Positions 21,098 through 31,132 of a DNA stretch of 64,000 nucleotides are shown here, in pieces. Position numbers and translations under genes: made by a program. Each line of letters starts with the position of its first letter. Position 1 is the stretch's first letter. Origin of the DNA: Nitrosopumilus sp. Lineage in GTDB: Archaea > Thermoproteota > Nitrososphaeria > Nitrososphaerales > Nitrosopumilaceae. The notes under the pieces are model-generated. The model ran no database searches. It was not told the origin of the DNA and saw nothing but the letters and a program-made list of their open reading frames with translations. The DNA lies in the NCBI GenBank assembly GCA_965205215.1, contig OZ242041.1:512001-576000 (forward strand). The letters run 5' to 3'.

Positions 21098-21873
21098 CCG
21101 CGTCACTGCCATCCTCATCATCCTCCCCCTCCCAGTCCGCCCGAAAAAGAAAGAAACGCATAGTCATAAAGCTCTCCGGCAGGGTCTTTGATCCCAACAA
21201 CACCCGCGTCCTCAAGGACTATGCGTCGTTCTTTGCAAAGATAAGCAGGGTGTGCCAGCCCGTAATAGTGGCCGGCGGCGGCACCATCGCGCGCCACTAC
21301 ATATCGGACGCGCGCTTTTTTGGCGCCGACGAGTCCACGCTGGACGAGCTCGGCATAGAGATATCCCGGCTCAACGCCAAGCTCCTCATATACGCGCTAA
21401 AGAACCGCGCGTACTCGCACCCGCCCACCACGCTGCAGGAGGTGCGGCACGCAGTCGACGACGGACTGATCGTGGTTGCGGGAGGGCTGCATCCGGGACA
21501 GTCCACCAACGGCACCGCGGCCCTGATAGCCGAGAAGGTGTCCGCCGACATGTTCCTGAACGCGACTGACGTGGACGGCGTGTACGACATGGATCCCAAC
21601 AGGTTCAAGCGGGCTAAGAGGTTCAAGCGGATCGAGCTCAAGGGGCTCAAGAGCATGCTGGTCCACGAGGACTCCATCGCGGGGGGCTACGACCTCATGG
21701 ATATAGTGGCGCTGAAGATAATCGAGCGGTCCAGGATAAGCACGCGCATCCTCAAGGCCGACCCCAAGCTTATCGAAAAGGCCATCAGGGGCACCGAGAT
21801 GGTGGGAACCGAGATCGTCCTGCCGCCGGCCGCGGCCGCCACAGGCGCAACGAAGCGCGGCAAGAAGAGCTGA
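21094..21873 (+). CDS. pyrH: UMP kinase
   Basis: [37 protein letters not shown]. Confidence 0.94.
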   Translation: MTASLPSSSSSPSQSARKRKKRIVIKLSGRVFDPNNTRVLKDYASFFAKISRVCQPVIVAGGGTIARHYISDARFFGADESTLDELGIEISRLNAKLLIYALKNRAYSHPPTTLQEVRHAVDDGLIVVAGGLHPGQSTNGTAALIAEKVSADMFLNATDVDGVYDMDPNRFKRAKRFKRIELKGLKSMLVHEDSIAGGYDLMDIVALKIIERSRISTRILKADPKLIEKAIRGTEMVGTEIVLPPAAAATGATKRGKKS

Positions 21874-21883
21874 GAGATGTTGA

Positions 21884-22198
21884 TCAGACGTCCCGCACCG
21901 TGGGGCGCGTCTCGGACCAGATCTGTATGCTGTCCCCTGGATATCTGGGCATTCCGCCGCCTTCCCCTCCTTCCCCGGCCGCCGTAAGCTTTTGGTATAT
22001 GGCCACGGCCTCGTCCCTCGTGACCGCCTTTGACTGCGCCTTTGTGTACCCGTCCGCGTCGGTTATTATCGCGACGAACCCGTCGGCGGACTCGACTACG
22101 GCCGCCATCTCCTCCTCGCCCACCGGCTCAAACGATCCGCCCACCTTCTTGGTGGTCAGGGTGAGCATTCCAAAGCCGGCCGCCTCGAACATCTTCAT
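21884..22198 (-). CDS. Conserved hypothetical protein (~104 aa)
   Basis: 3' part of the 336-aa track ORF (MKMFEAAGFG...) has coding-like composition; the upstream part is antisense to the next gene. Confidence 0.6.
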   Translation of the reverse strand: MKMFEAAGFGMLTLTTKKVGGSFEPVGEEEMAAVVESADGFVAIITDADGYTKAQSKAVTRDEAVAIYQKLTAAGEGGEGGGMPRYPGDSIQIWSETRPTVRDV

Positions 22199-22303
22199 CT
22201 GCGACCTGCCGGCGCGCTGCTTGCCCTTCTGCACGGCCTGAAAGTACTGCATGGACGTAATGCGCGCTAATGATATAATAACCAAGCACTGCCATACGTA
22301 CCA

Positions 22304-22885
22304 GTGAATCCGAGGATCTTTGTCGGCGCGGCGGCGGGCGCGATGGCGGCCATCATAATAGGAATACTGGTGACGGGGCCTGCCATGGTGGCAGACAACG
22401 TGCCGCTCGTGCCCGGGATGCAGCAGGGGGACGGCGACGGCAGCAGCAACACCGCCCTGATCCTGCCGCTGCAGGTCTCCCTTGACGACATCGCAGTCGA
22501 AAAGATAACAGACAGGGCCGCCACGATCGAGATATCGTTCTCCGTACACAACCCCAACCAGCGCTCCGTCATAGTCCAGACGCTCGACTACCGTCTCTTT
22601 GAGACCGCGCACATCGGCGGCGACATCCTCCCCATATCCGGGGGGCAGATAGGCACCCGTCCCGGGGGGATGGTCGAGTTCGGCTCCAGCTACTACACGC
22701 TGCTTGCAGGCGGCACCATCACACTGAGGGACACGGTAAGCCTCCAAAACCAGGGCAGCCCCGGGCTGTGGCAGGCACTGCAGGACGGCACGGCGTCCTG
22801 GCGCGTGACAGGCGACGTCTTTTACAACCTCAGCTCGATGACCAGCGGACAGGAGAACGTGCTGAGCTTTGAGTTCGTACGCTGA
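22304..22885 (+). CDS. LEA_2/WHy-like membrane-anchored protein
   Basis: N-terminal TM, F-VHNPN...L-Y-L motif, W-VTG. Confidence 0.65.
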   Translation: MNPRIFVGAAAGAMAAIIIGILVTGPAMVADNVPLVPGMQQGDGDGSSNTALILPLQVSLDDIAVEKITDRAATIEISFSVHNPNQRSVIVQTLDYRLFETAHIGGDILPISGGQIGTRPGGMVEFGSSYYTLLAGGTITLRDTVSLQNQGSPGLWQALQDGTASWRVTGDVFYNLSSMTSGQENVLSFEFVR

Positions 22886-22977
22886 TTGTATCACAACATT
22901 TGCAAATCATGATACTTTCATTATATCAAAGGATTCCTGCCAAAGTTATAAAAGCGCCACGGATCGAATCTACCCAA

Positions 22978-23088
22978 ATGGCAGAAGCAGGTATGGCCGC
23001 ATACGGCGCAGCAGCCGGGGTCGCAATAGCACTGGCAGTAGTGTGTTTCGCTCTCCGTGGCAAGGGGCATCCCGAGCCCATTGAGTGA
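22978..23088 (+). CDS. 36-aa single-TM small protein
   Basis: MAEAGMAAYGAAAGVAIALAVVCFALRGKGHPEPIE; TTATAAAA box about 30 bp upstream. Confidence 0.55.
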   Translation: MAEAGMAAYGAAAGVAIALAVVCFALRGKGHPEPIE

Positions 23089-23192
23089 GTAGATCACCAA
23101 TCTCTCTTTTTCGTTGTTTCCAGCATGTGCTGCGCGGCGCACGCCGTTCGCGCGTACCGCCGATCCTATGCCGTTCGCGCTGAGCCAGCCGC

Positions 23193-23885
23193 CTACTTTG
23201 CGGACTTGTCGCCGCCCAGTCCGAACATCTCGTGCAGGGAGATCTGCTTTGCGTTGCGCCGGGTCGTATAGCACCTTTCATAGTACTGGCAGGTGGTGCA
23301 CTCCGAGGACGGCTCCAGAATCGGGGTCTTCTTCTCCTTGAGCAGGCTTGCCAGGACGCGCGTCCTGCGCACCGTCTCCTCGAACATCTTCTTGTTGCGC
23401 GCCATGGAGAACATCACCTCCTTCTGGTATCCGGACATGTACACGATGATGCCGCTCTCCTTGCCGTATATCCACATGCAGGCGTTCAGGTACAGCGCGT
23501 CGGCCGCGTGCGGGGCCTCCATCCTCTCGCTTGCCTCCGCGTCGTCGCCGGCCGCGGCCGGGGGCGGCCTGAACAGTATCACCACATCGTCCACCACCAT
23601 GTCCGCCCTGCCCTCCAGCGTGATGCCGCCGTCCTCGACCTGGAACCTCTTGGACTCGCTGCCGTACTGCATCTTGCGCAGCAGCCCGGAGAGGAGGCCG
23701 CTGAACTCGCGCGACTCGACCTCCTTGGCGTCCGTCCTGTCGTAGTACGCGCGGCGCATGCAGCCCGTCACCTCCTTGAGGTGGACGTTTCTGACGTCCC
23801 CTGCGTCTATCACTAGTTCCAGCTCCCTCCCTATGGAGTCTATGGCGTTCTGGACTATGCTGCGATAGTCCCTGTCTCCCATCAT
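23193..23885 (-). CDS. cas4: Solo Cas4-like Fe-S protein
   Basis: N-terminal C-RRAYY, LEGRAD, C-terminal C-x2-C-x5-C; no other cas genes or array in the window. Confidence 0.8.
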   Translation of the reverse strand: MMGDRDYRSIVQNAIDSIGRELELVIDAGDVRNVHLKEVTGCMRRAYYDRTDAKEVESREFSGLLSGLLRKMQYGSESKRFQVEDGGITLEGRADMVVDDVVILFRPPPAAAGDDAEASERMEAPHAADALYLNACMWIYGKESGIIVYMSGYQKEVMFSMARNKKMFEETVRRTRVLASLLKEKKTPILEPSSECTTCQYYERCYTTRRNAKQISLHEMFGLGGDKSAK

Positions 23886-24140
23886 TTGTCACGTGGTTCA
23901 TAGCTTTGCTCTTATAGTTTGGGGTGTCGTGGTACGGGCGGCACGCCCGCCCTGCCGCACTCTTGCCTGCGGACGGACCTGTGCTGCCGCCATCACAGCC
24001 TGCCGCACCCGCGTCCTGCCGCCTGCCCACCCCCGGGGCGGCTACTGTGTGGTACAAACTACGAACTGTGCGTGGGTATTAAAGCCGGGACGCGGGCCAA
24101 TCTCAAGTATTAAATATGAAGAGATCTGCCTATTAGCAGT

Positions 24141-25805
24141 ATGAGCCTGATTCAGATCTCTAATCAGTCCGCAAAGAATCTGGGCAAAAAGTCCACGATC
24201 AGGTTCACCCAGTCCATATGCCCCGACTGCAACATGATCCTGGACGCCGAGGTGTTTGAGCGGGACGGCAAGGTGTTCATGACAAAGACGTGCCCGTCGC
24301 ACGGCGAGTGCGAGGAGCTGTACTTTGGCTCGTACGAGATGTACAACAAGTTTTCAACATACTGGCAGGACGGCAAGGGGGCGCACGCCCCGAACGTGAT
24401 GATAGACAAGTGCTCGTGCCCCAACAACTGCGGGCTGTGCTCCAACCATTTGTCGCACAGCGGCCTGGCAAACATGATAGTGACAAACAGGTGCGACCTG
24501 ACGTGCTGGTACTGCTTCTTTTACGTCAAAAAGGGACTGGAGGGCGCATACATGTACGAGCCCTCGCAGGACCAGGTCAGGGCCATGATGAAGACGCTGA
24601 GGGCCGAGAGGCCCATACCCGGCAACTCGATGCAGATCACGGGCGGCGAGCCCATGCTCCGCGAGGACATCACCGAGGTAATCAAGATAATGAAGGAGGA
24701 GGGGGTAGACCACATCCAGATGAACACAAACGGCATAAGGCACGCCATGGATCCGGAGGCCGCAAGGGAGGTCAGATTGGCCGGATGCAACAACCTGTAT
24801 TTGTCATTTGACGGGGTCACGGCCAGGACGAACCCCAAGAACCACTGGGAGATCCCGTACGCGCTCGACAGCTGCCGCAAGACCGGCACCACGGTCGTGT
24901 TCGTGCCCACCGTGATAAAGTCGATAAACGACCACGAGCTGGGCGGCATAATCAGGTACGCCCAGAAGAACATGGACGTGGTCCACGCGGTCAACTTCCA
25001 GCCCGTTTCTCTGACGGGAAGGATGGGCAAGACCGAGCGCGAGAAATACCGCATAACGATACCCGACTGCGTCCAGCGCATCGAGGAGCAGACCAACGGC
25101 GAGGTTACGATAGACGACTGGTTCCCCGTGCCGTCGTGCATGCCGCTTACAAACGTGATAGAGGCGTTCTCCTCAAAGCCAAAGTACGAGCTGTCGATAC
25201 ACTTTGCGTGCGGCGCCGGCACGTACATCTTCGAGGACGAGGAGACCAAAAAGTTCGTGCCGCTCACAAAGTTCTGCGACATACAGGGCATGCTCGAGCT
25301 GTTCGAGGACAAGGCCGAGGAGATCAGGTCGGGCAAGAACAAGTACTTTACGATGCTCGAGGTGGTGCGCAAGCTAAAGTCGTTTGTCGACACCAAGAAA
25401 CAGCCGGCCGGACTGGACCTTGCAAAGATGTTCGGCAACATACTGATGAAGCGCTCGTTTGACTCGGTGGGCTCGTGGCACGTCAAGGGATTGTTCTTGG
25501 GCATGATGCACTTTCAGGACAAGTACAACGAGGACCTGGAGCGCCTGCAGCGCTGCGACATACACTATGTGACCCCCGACCTGCGCATAATCCCGTTCTG
25601 CGCGTTCAACGTGATACCGGAGTGGTACCGCGACCGCATCCAGAAAAAGTACTCGATAACCGTGGAGGAATGGGAGGAGCGCGAGGGCGTAAAGCTCGAG
25701 GACGGGCTGTACCGCGGGCTGATGAGGCGGGGCGCCGGCGACGAGCTTGCGGCCGGATGCGCCAAGTCCGAGATGTTCCACCAGGCGTCGCAGGCTTTAG
25801 TGTGA
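24141..25805 (+). CDS. tes: Tetraether (GDGT) synthase, radical SAM, MJ0619 family
   Basis: N-terminal SICPDC...KTCPSHG, CPNNCGLC-H, TNRCDLTCWYCF, TGGEP, VNFQPVS, C-terminal C-IHY...IPFCAFN. Confidence 0.9.
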   Translation: MSLIQISNQSAKNLGKKSTIRFTQSICPDCNMILDAEVFERDGKVFMTKTCPSHGECEELYFGSYEMYNKFSTYWQDGKGAHAPNVMIDKCSCPNNCGLCSNHLSHSGLANMIVTNRCDLTCWYCFFYVKKGLEGAYMYEPSQDQVRAMMKTLRAERPIPGNSMQITGGEPMLREDITEVIKIMKEEGVDHIQMNTNGIRHAMDPEAAREVRLAGCNNLYLSFDGVTARTNPKNHWEIPYALDSCRKTGTTVVFVPTVIKSINDHELGGIIRYAQKNMDVVHAVNFQPVSLTGRMGKTEREKYRITIPDCVQRIEEQTNGEVTIDDWFPVPSCMPLTNVIEAFSSKPKYELSIHFACGAGTYIFEDEETKKFVPLTKFCDIQGMLELFEDKAEEIRSGKNKYFTMLEVVRKLKSFVDTKKQPAGLDLAKMFGNILMKRSFDSVGSWHVKGLFLGMMHFQDKYNEDLERLQRCDIHYVTPDLRIIPFCAFNVIPEWYRDRIQKKYSITVEEWEEREGVKLEDGLYRGLMRRGAGDELAAGCAKSEMFHQASQALV

Positions 25806-25817
25806 TTCCTAGCCTGC

Positions 25818-25968
25818 GGCACGCCGCGATCTGCATGCGTTTTGTATGATAAGACATTCCATCCGACACGCTGCGTTTCGAAAAGTCATATATAGCGCCG
25901 TGCCATATACTACACACGGTCCTGTGTTTTGTATAGAACACACTGGATACAATGTATCCAAGGGACCG
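25818..25968. ncRNA. Candidate structured RNA adjacent to the DUF3800 gene
   Basis: Three-way junction CGGTCC(25917-22)/GGACCG(25963-68) enclosing two hairpins, plus an 11/13 stem 25818-30/25892-904. Confidence 0.45.
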
Positions 25969-25974
25969 CCTCCT

Positions 25975-26718
25975 TCACAATGAGCAATTTCCTCGCTTAA
26001 AGACGTTGGGGTGGTTGAGATTGTAATACCTGTGGGATATGGATCTCCACCGATCCTGCTTTTCTCCGTGCGTTCTCGATCTTATCAAAACTGAATATGC
26101 AAAAAAATCACTGAGTTGAAGTATAGGTTCCTCCGCAACTCTTGCAAATTTTATCTGGTTGTCTATGTCTGAAAACTTGATAGTTTGTGGAAGATTGTGG
26201 GTTTTAAACAGCCGTCCATAGTTGGTCTGCATGTCTCTGTTTATCTGTCTAGTCACATATTCGTGAATGATTTTTCCCTTACCTTCTTGTTCAAGCAGGA
26301 AATACTGAAATCGTTCTGTTAAAAATGAAAGAGCCAATACCCTCTGCGATATTTTATTGATGTAGTTTTCGTATACATAATCCAGATCTATAATACAAGA
26401 AATTAGATGGCAGTCGAAATTTGCAATTATGCCAAACATTTCGTTTGCAACGGCATATTTGGCGTCACGATCGAGAACGTTGTACGGTGGTACGATTCCA
26501 TTACGCAATCCATGATAGGATAGCTTGAATTTGTCAGATAATTCAGATCCTACAAAATATTTGCCAATCATTCTTTCAATTTTTTGCTCTAGTGCTGTGA
26601 TCTGGCCGATCTCGACTATTACTCCTCCTAGTACAAAATATCGATGTTCTTGGTCGCGATCGGTGCGTGGGTGATAGTTTTGCACATGGCCACTCTCATC
26701 TACGTATAGGTTATACAA
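25975..26718 (-). CDS. DUF3800 domain protein
   Basis: LYVDESG, YFVLGGV, ERF-FL, ILQLSDFFAY; markedly AT-rich. Confidence 0.85.
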   Translation of the reverse strand: MYNLYVDESGHVQNYHPRTDRDQEHRYFVLGGVIVEIGQITALEQKIERMIGKYFVGSELSDKFKLSYHGLRNGIVPPYNVLDRDAKYAVANEMFGIIANFDCHLISCIIDLDYVYENYINKISQRVLALSFLTERFQYFLLEQEGKGKIIHEYVTRQINRDMQTNYGRLFKTHNLPQTIKFSDIDNQIKFARVAEEPILQLSDFFAYSVLIRSRTHGEKQDRWRSISHRYYNLNHPNVFKRGNCSL

Positions 26719-26916
26719 TCTTCTTCAATAGAGTCTAAGTCTTTAAATGTATGATGGAGGACTGGCGCTGCAATTGAGCCATACAAGCTTTTACTGAAAA
26801 GACGATCCTTTGTGTCCCCCCCGCTTATGGGCATGCCTACGCTGGCATGCCGCCGCGCAGGACTGCGCGCATCGGCTCGGTTTAAATTATTCAAAGGAGG
26901 CGTAACGATACCTGAC

Positions 26917-28035
26917 ATGTCCGCGACTGCATCATCCGCACCACCATCACCGCCGCGATCGCCCAAGCCGTCGGACCTGATGAAGACCGTGGAATGGAGC
27001 GACGACGGCAGGGTGGTGATGATCGACCAGACAAGGCTTCCAAACGAGCTTGTCTACGTCACGTATGACGACTACAGGGACGTGGCGCAGGCCATCAAAG
27101 ACCTCGTCGTGAGGGGGGCCCCTGCAATAGGGGTGTCGGGCGCCTTTGGGCTTGCGCTGGCCGCGCGGCAGAGCGGCGCGTCCGATGCGTCCCAGCTTCT
27201 AAGGGATCTCAGGACTGCCGCCACGGTACTCGCGGCGACGCGCCCCACCGCGGTCAACCTGAAGTGGGGACTGGACAAGATAATGCGCGTTGCAGAGGAC
27301 GCGGCGGCCTCGTCTGCCAGCGACTCGCCCGTCCCCGTGGCCACGGCGGTGGCGGACGCCGCCATGCGCATGGCGTCAGACGACATCGAGATAAATCTGG
27401 CGATGGGGCGCAACGGGGCGGCCCTCTTCTCGGACAGCGACACCATAATGACCCACTGCAACGCGGGGGCCCTTGCCACCGTCGCGTACGGCACGGCATT
27501 GGGGGTGATCAGGGCCGTGCGCGACTCCGGCAAGGCGGTCCGCGTAATCGCCACCGAGACCCGCCCCGTGCAGCAGGGCTCGAGGCTTACCGCATTCGAG
27601 CTAAAGCACGACGGGATCGACGTCAGTATCATACCCGACACCGCCGTGGGGTACTCGATGGCAAACGGGCTGGTCGACCGCGTGGTGGTGGGAGCCGACC
27701 GCATACTGCGCACGGGGCACGTCTACAACAAGATAGGGACGTACCAGGTGGCCACCATGGCGCGCCAGCACGGCATACCGTTCTACGTGGCGGCCCCGCT
27801 CTCCACGTTTGACATGGACAGCGCCCCGGGCGACGTGGTGATAGAGCAGCGCAGCCCCGACGAGGTTACAGGCGTGGGGGGCCGCAGGACGGCGCCCGAC
27901 GGCATCGGCGTGATAAACCCCGCGTTTGACATGACTCCACCCGAGCTCGTGTCGGGGATCATAACGGAGAGGGGCGTGGCGGCACCCCCCTACGCGGAGT
28001 CAATCCCCAAATTGTTTGTCGCAGCTAATTTATAG
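26917..28035 (+). CDS. mtnA: S-methyl-5-thioribose-1-phosphate isomerase (eIF-2B family)
   Basis: DQT-LP, VRGAPAIG, RPTAVNL, THCNAG-LAT, ETRP-QG-RLT, VGADRI, NKIGTY, NPAFD-TP. Confidence 0.93.
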   Translation: MSATASSAPPSPPRSPKPSDLMKTVEWSDDGRVVMIDQTRLPNELVYVTYDDYRDVAQAIKDLVVRGAPAIGVSGAFGLALAARQSGASDASQLLRDLRTAATVLAATRPTAVNLKWGLDKIMRVAEDAAASSASDSPVPVATAVADAAMRMASDDIEINLAMGRNGAALFSDSDTIMTHCNAGALATVAYGTALGVIRAVRDSGKAVRVIATETRPVQQGSRLTAFELKHDGIDVSIIPDTAVGYSMANGLVDRVVVGADRILRTGHVYNKIGTYQVATMARQHGIPFYVAAPLSTFDMDSAPGDVVIEQRSPDEVTGVGGRRTAPDGIGVINPAFDMTPPELVSGIITERGVAAPPYAESIPKLFVAANL

Positions 28036-28069
28036 AAACTTTTTATTTCTTGGCGCAATCGCGCCACGC

Positions 28070-28795
28070 ATGAGCGCCTCGACAGTGTCAGTCACCCCCG
28101 ACGCGGTCAGGGCGTCGCTCAAGCAGTGCATGGATCCGGAGGTTCCGATCAGCATCGTGGACATGGGGCTGGTATACGGGATCGACGTCACGGACGGCAA
28201 CGACGTCAACATAAGGATGACGATGACCACAAAGGGGTGCCCGCTGCACGAGACGCTGGTCTCAGACGTGACGCGGTTTGCCAAAAAGGTGCCCGGCGTC
28301 AACGACGTCAACGTCGAGATAGTCTGGGACCCGCCCTGGTCGATGGATATGCTGTCCGCCGAGGCCAAGGAGACGCTGCGGGGCATGGGCAGCCTCACCA
28401 ACATGGCGACGCCGGCCCCCATAGACTATGCGACTGCCATGCCGCAGGGCGTGGGCAACCTGGTCAAGCAGGAGGACGGCTCGATGGTGCTTGCAAACGA
28501 GCACGACCAGGGGTTCATGGTAAACCAGGCCATAGTGGACTTTTGGAAGTCCTGCAACGGGCAGCGCAAGATAACCGACCTGGTGGAGGTGTTTGCCCAG
28601 CAGACCGGGCTACAGCGCGGCCAGGTCGAAAAAGAGGTCATGCAGCTTGTAAAGCAGCTTGCCGACGGGGGGCTCTTGGTGATACCGCCCTCCTCATCTA
28701 CATCATCATCGTCACCACCACCACCGCAGCCCGGCGCGCAGGCGCCAGCGGACGCGGCTACCGCTGCCGCAGCAAAGGACGGCGCGGGCAACTAA
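28070..28795 (+). CDS. DUF59 (SufT/MIP18) plus PqqD-like domain protein
   Basis: DPE-PISIVDMGLVY, T-GCP, VWDPPWS; C-terminal W-CNG-I-L...V-L-L-GL pattern. Confidence 0.82.
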   Translation: MSASTVSVTPDAVRASLKQCMDPEVPISIVDMGLVYGIDVTDGNDVNIRMTMTTKGCPLHETLVSDVTRFAKKVPGVNDVNVEIVWDPPWSMDMLSAEAKETLRGMGSLTNMATPAPIDYATAMPQGVGNLVKQEDGSMVLANEHDQGFMVNQAIVDFWKSCNGQRKITDLVEVFAQQTGLQRGQVEKEVMQLVKQLADGGLLVIPPSSSTSSSSPPPPQPGAQAPADAATAAAAKDGAGN

Positions 28796-28846
28796 CGACA
28801 ACAACTGTTCCGCCCCCGCAAAACGGCAGACGACCATATACCAGAA

Positions 28847-29917
28847 TCAGAGCCTCTTCTTTACGAAGCCTATGGACTCGACGGGCGACGGGTCGATCCC
28901 GTTCATTACGGCGCGGTATATGCTGGCGTATCCCGCCACGTACGCGAGGCCCATGAGCTTTGCCAGTATCCCCCCCTCGCCCGACTGAATCTCCACGTAT
29001 TCGATATTCCGAGACCCAAAGTACTCTTTTAGTATCTGCCACCTCTCCTTTGTCTTCGGGTGGTCGTCGCTTCCAGTAATCATGACGGGGCCGACCGCAT
29101 CGGAGGGCGCCTCCCATGCCACGATCCCGTTGTGGCAGGCCTCCAGGACGTCCTCCACTATGGCGTGCGTCTTTGCGTTCTCCTGCAGGTCGTTTTTGAA
29201 CCTGATGGCCGCGGCCCGCAGTCCGAACGGGTGGTATATCAGCGGCATGGCGGCCATGCGCTCGGCGATGCGCCGCGATATATTGTCGCCGCCGCCTATG
29301 TTGCCCGACGATATCGCGCGGCCCGTCTCCTGAAGGCGCTCTATGGCCTCCTCGACGTCCCCCTTGCGCAGCGGCAGCACGCCCTCAAGCGCCCTGAGCA
29401 TGGAGAAGACGACCCCCGCAAACGACGCCCGGGGCGAGTGGTTCTGCCCTATGGGTATGTGCCCGTGGCCCCTGCTGCGGCAGAGCCGCTCCAGCCTGCC
29501 GCCCGACGACACACCGACTACCCGCGCGTCGGTCTTGGCGGCAGCCTCGAGCGCGGCCAGCGTCTCCGGCGTCTCCCCCGAGACGCTTGTCGCGACCACC
29601 AGCGTGTTCTTGTCGACCGTCTTTGGCAGCTCGTACCCCTTTGTTACGGTGACGTGCACCGCGGTCTTTGAGAGTACGGCGGCAAAGAGGTTCCCTACGG
29701 CGCCCGACCCCCCCATTCCCGCAAACACGATGTGCGTGACGTCGTCCCCGTATGCGACGGCGTCCGAGTCCGGGCGGGGCTCGTACGCGTCAGCCGCGAT
29801 CTGGGGCCACCTGTCGTACACCTCGTGCATCCGGCCCGTGTCGACTGTATCCAACGTATGCTTGTCAAGCAAGTGGATGTGCTCACGCGTGAAATAATAT
29901 ATGTCTAGTATTGTCAC
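28847..29917 (-). CDS. Bifunctional phosphoglucose/phosphomannose isomerase (SIS)
   Basis: GMGGSG, S-SG-T-ET, SSGG-L, PRAS, ENAK, EACHN; start uncertain. Confidence 0.87.
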   Translation of the reverse strand: MTILDIYYFTREHIHLLDKHTLDTVDTGRMHEVYDRWPQIAADAYEPRPDSDAVAYGDDVTHIVFAGMGGSGAVGNLFAAVLSKTAVHVTVTKGYELPKTVDKNTLVVATSVSGETPETLAALEAAAKTDARVVGVSSGGRLERLCRSRGHGHIPIGQNHSPRASFAGVVFSMLRALEGVLPLRKGDVEEAIERLQETGRAISSGNIGGGDNISRRIAERMAAMPLIYHPFGLRAAAIRFKNDLQENAKTHAIVEDVLEACHNGIVAWEAPSDAVGPVMITGSDDHPKTKERWQILKEYFGSRNIEYVEIQSGEGGILAKLMGLAYVAGYASIYRAVMNGIDPSPVESIGFVKKRL

Positions 29918-29961
29918 GCCGCGGTCCTGCGGCCGGCAGCTGCGCGCGGCGGCCGCACCGT

Positions 29962-30615
29962 CTAAAAGACGTGGCGCGAGCCGGCCCCGTCAAAGTTTAC
30001 CACGGCGCCCGACAGGTACTTTATGCGGCGGCTCACTATGCCGGCAACGAACTCGCCTATCTCCCTGGGCTCGCCCAGCCGCCCCATGGGCAGCTGCCTC
30101 TGGAACTCCTCGACGTCGTCGACAAGCTCGCGCGTGCGGTCCGTGTTGATCGGGCCCGGCGCTATAGTGACGCAGGTGACGTCGCGCCCCGCGTACTCGG
30201 TGCGGCTCTGCACCCTGAGCACCTCCGAAAACGCCGCGCGGTACGCGGCCGACATGACGAGTCGCGGGTCGGGCTCCTTTATCACGCTTGAGCTGATCAG
30301 AAATATGTAGCCGCCGTCGTTCACCCTGACGTTCCGCAGGACCGTGCAGAACCCCAGGAACAGCTGGTTGTGGTACTTTAGCCAGTCCTGCTCCGTTGTA
30401 TCGGCAAACGTCTTTGGGGGGGGACCGCCCGTGTTGAGCACAAGCACGTCTGTATCGGGGTGCGCCTCGGCAAACTCCCTTACACTGTCAAGATCCGACG
30501 TGTCGACGTCGCGCCTTGATGCCGCGTACACGTTGACGCCGGCGTCGGACAGCGCGCCTGCAATCGCCCTGCCAATCCCTTTGGAGCCGCCCATGACAAG
30601 CGCGTCCATGCTCAT
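29962..30615 (-). CDS. Short-chain dehydrogenase/reductase
   Basis: GGSKGIG, LNTGGP, PGPINTDR, PMGRLG-P-E, DG. Confidence 0.9.
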   Translation of the reverse strand: MSMDALVMGGSKGIGRAIAGALSDAGVNVYAASRRDVDTSDLDSVREFAEAHPDTDVLVLNTGGPPPKTFADTTEQDWLKYHNQLFLGFCTVLRNVRVNDGGYIFLISSSVIKEPDPRLVMSAAYRAAFSEVLRVQSRTEYAGRDVTCVTIAPGPINTDRTRELVDDVEEFQRQLPMGRLGEPREIGEFVAGIVSRRIKYLSGAVVNFDGAGSRHVF

Positions 30616-30875
30616 ACCTCCCTGACGTCCGTTACGGTGCCCAGTATGGAGTCCATCCGTATGACGGCCCTTTTGCCGTCCCAGCCTAGCGCGACATACC
30701 AGTCCCCCGAGTCCGTATCATACTTGGTCTCAAGCGTGCTAACCGCGCCTGCCGGGCCCTCCTTTCCTCCTTCTCCGCCTGCCGGGTTGTGCTCCTTTAG
30801 TATGTGCGACGTGGCCAGCGCCACTGCCTGGGCCTCCGTCTCTAGGCGCCGCTTGATCAGTCCTATGCCCGGCAT
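30612..30875 (-). CDS. Hypothetical protein
   Basis: ATGA overlap with the SDR gene; host codon usage. Confidence 0.6.
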   Translation of the reverse strand: MPGIGLIKRRLETEAQAVALATSHILKEHNPAGGEGGKEGPAGAVSTLETKYDTDSGDWYVALGWDGKRAVIRMDSILGTVTDVREV

Positions 30876-31132
30876 TGTGCCTTGTGCGACTCCTGCCTAT
30901 ATTGCTCTTTTCTGTTGTCGTCACCGTGACATGAGTCGTATGATGTGGCAGCTGTAGGTGCATCCAAAAAGCTGGAGATTCCTACCCTTGTTGATACTGA
31001 CACATCCGTGGTGGCGCCTATGGCCCCTGCCTCTTATGGATGATATGGATACTGTTGCTGATACTGGTACACCAACTGTCGCATCTGGGGTAGCCAGTCT
31101 TAGTCGCGTCGTCTCTGTCGTCATGCTCTTTG

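Noticed and set aside
22199-22894. N-terminal two-thirds of the 336-aa ORF 21884-22894
   Set aside because: Antisense to the LEA_2-like gene; only the last ~104 aa look coding
23193-24140. CRISPR-Cas locus suggested by cas4
   Set aside because: No repeat-spacer array and no cas1/cas2 or effector genes in the window; nearby GCCTGCC-type repeats are irregular low complexity
22978-28795. RiPP cluster (small peptide, radical SAM and PqqD domain)
   Set aside because: The radical SAM is Tes, the peptide is a TM helix and the PqqD-like domain is fused to DUF59; the genes are not in one operon
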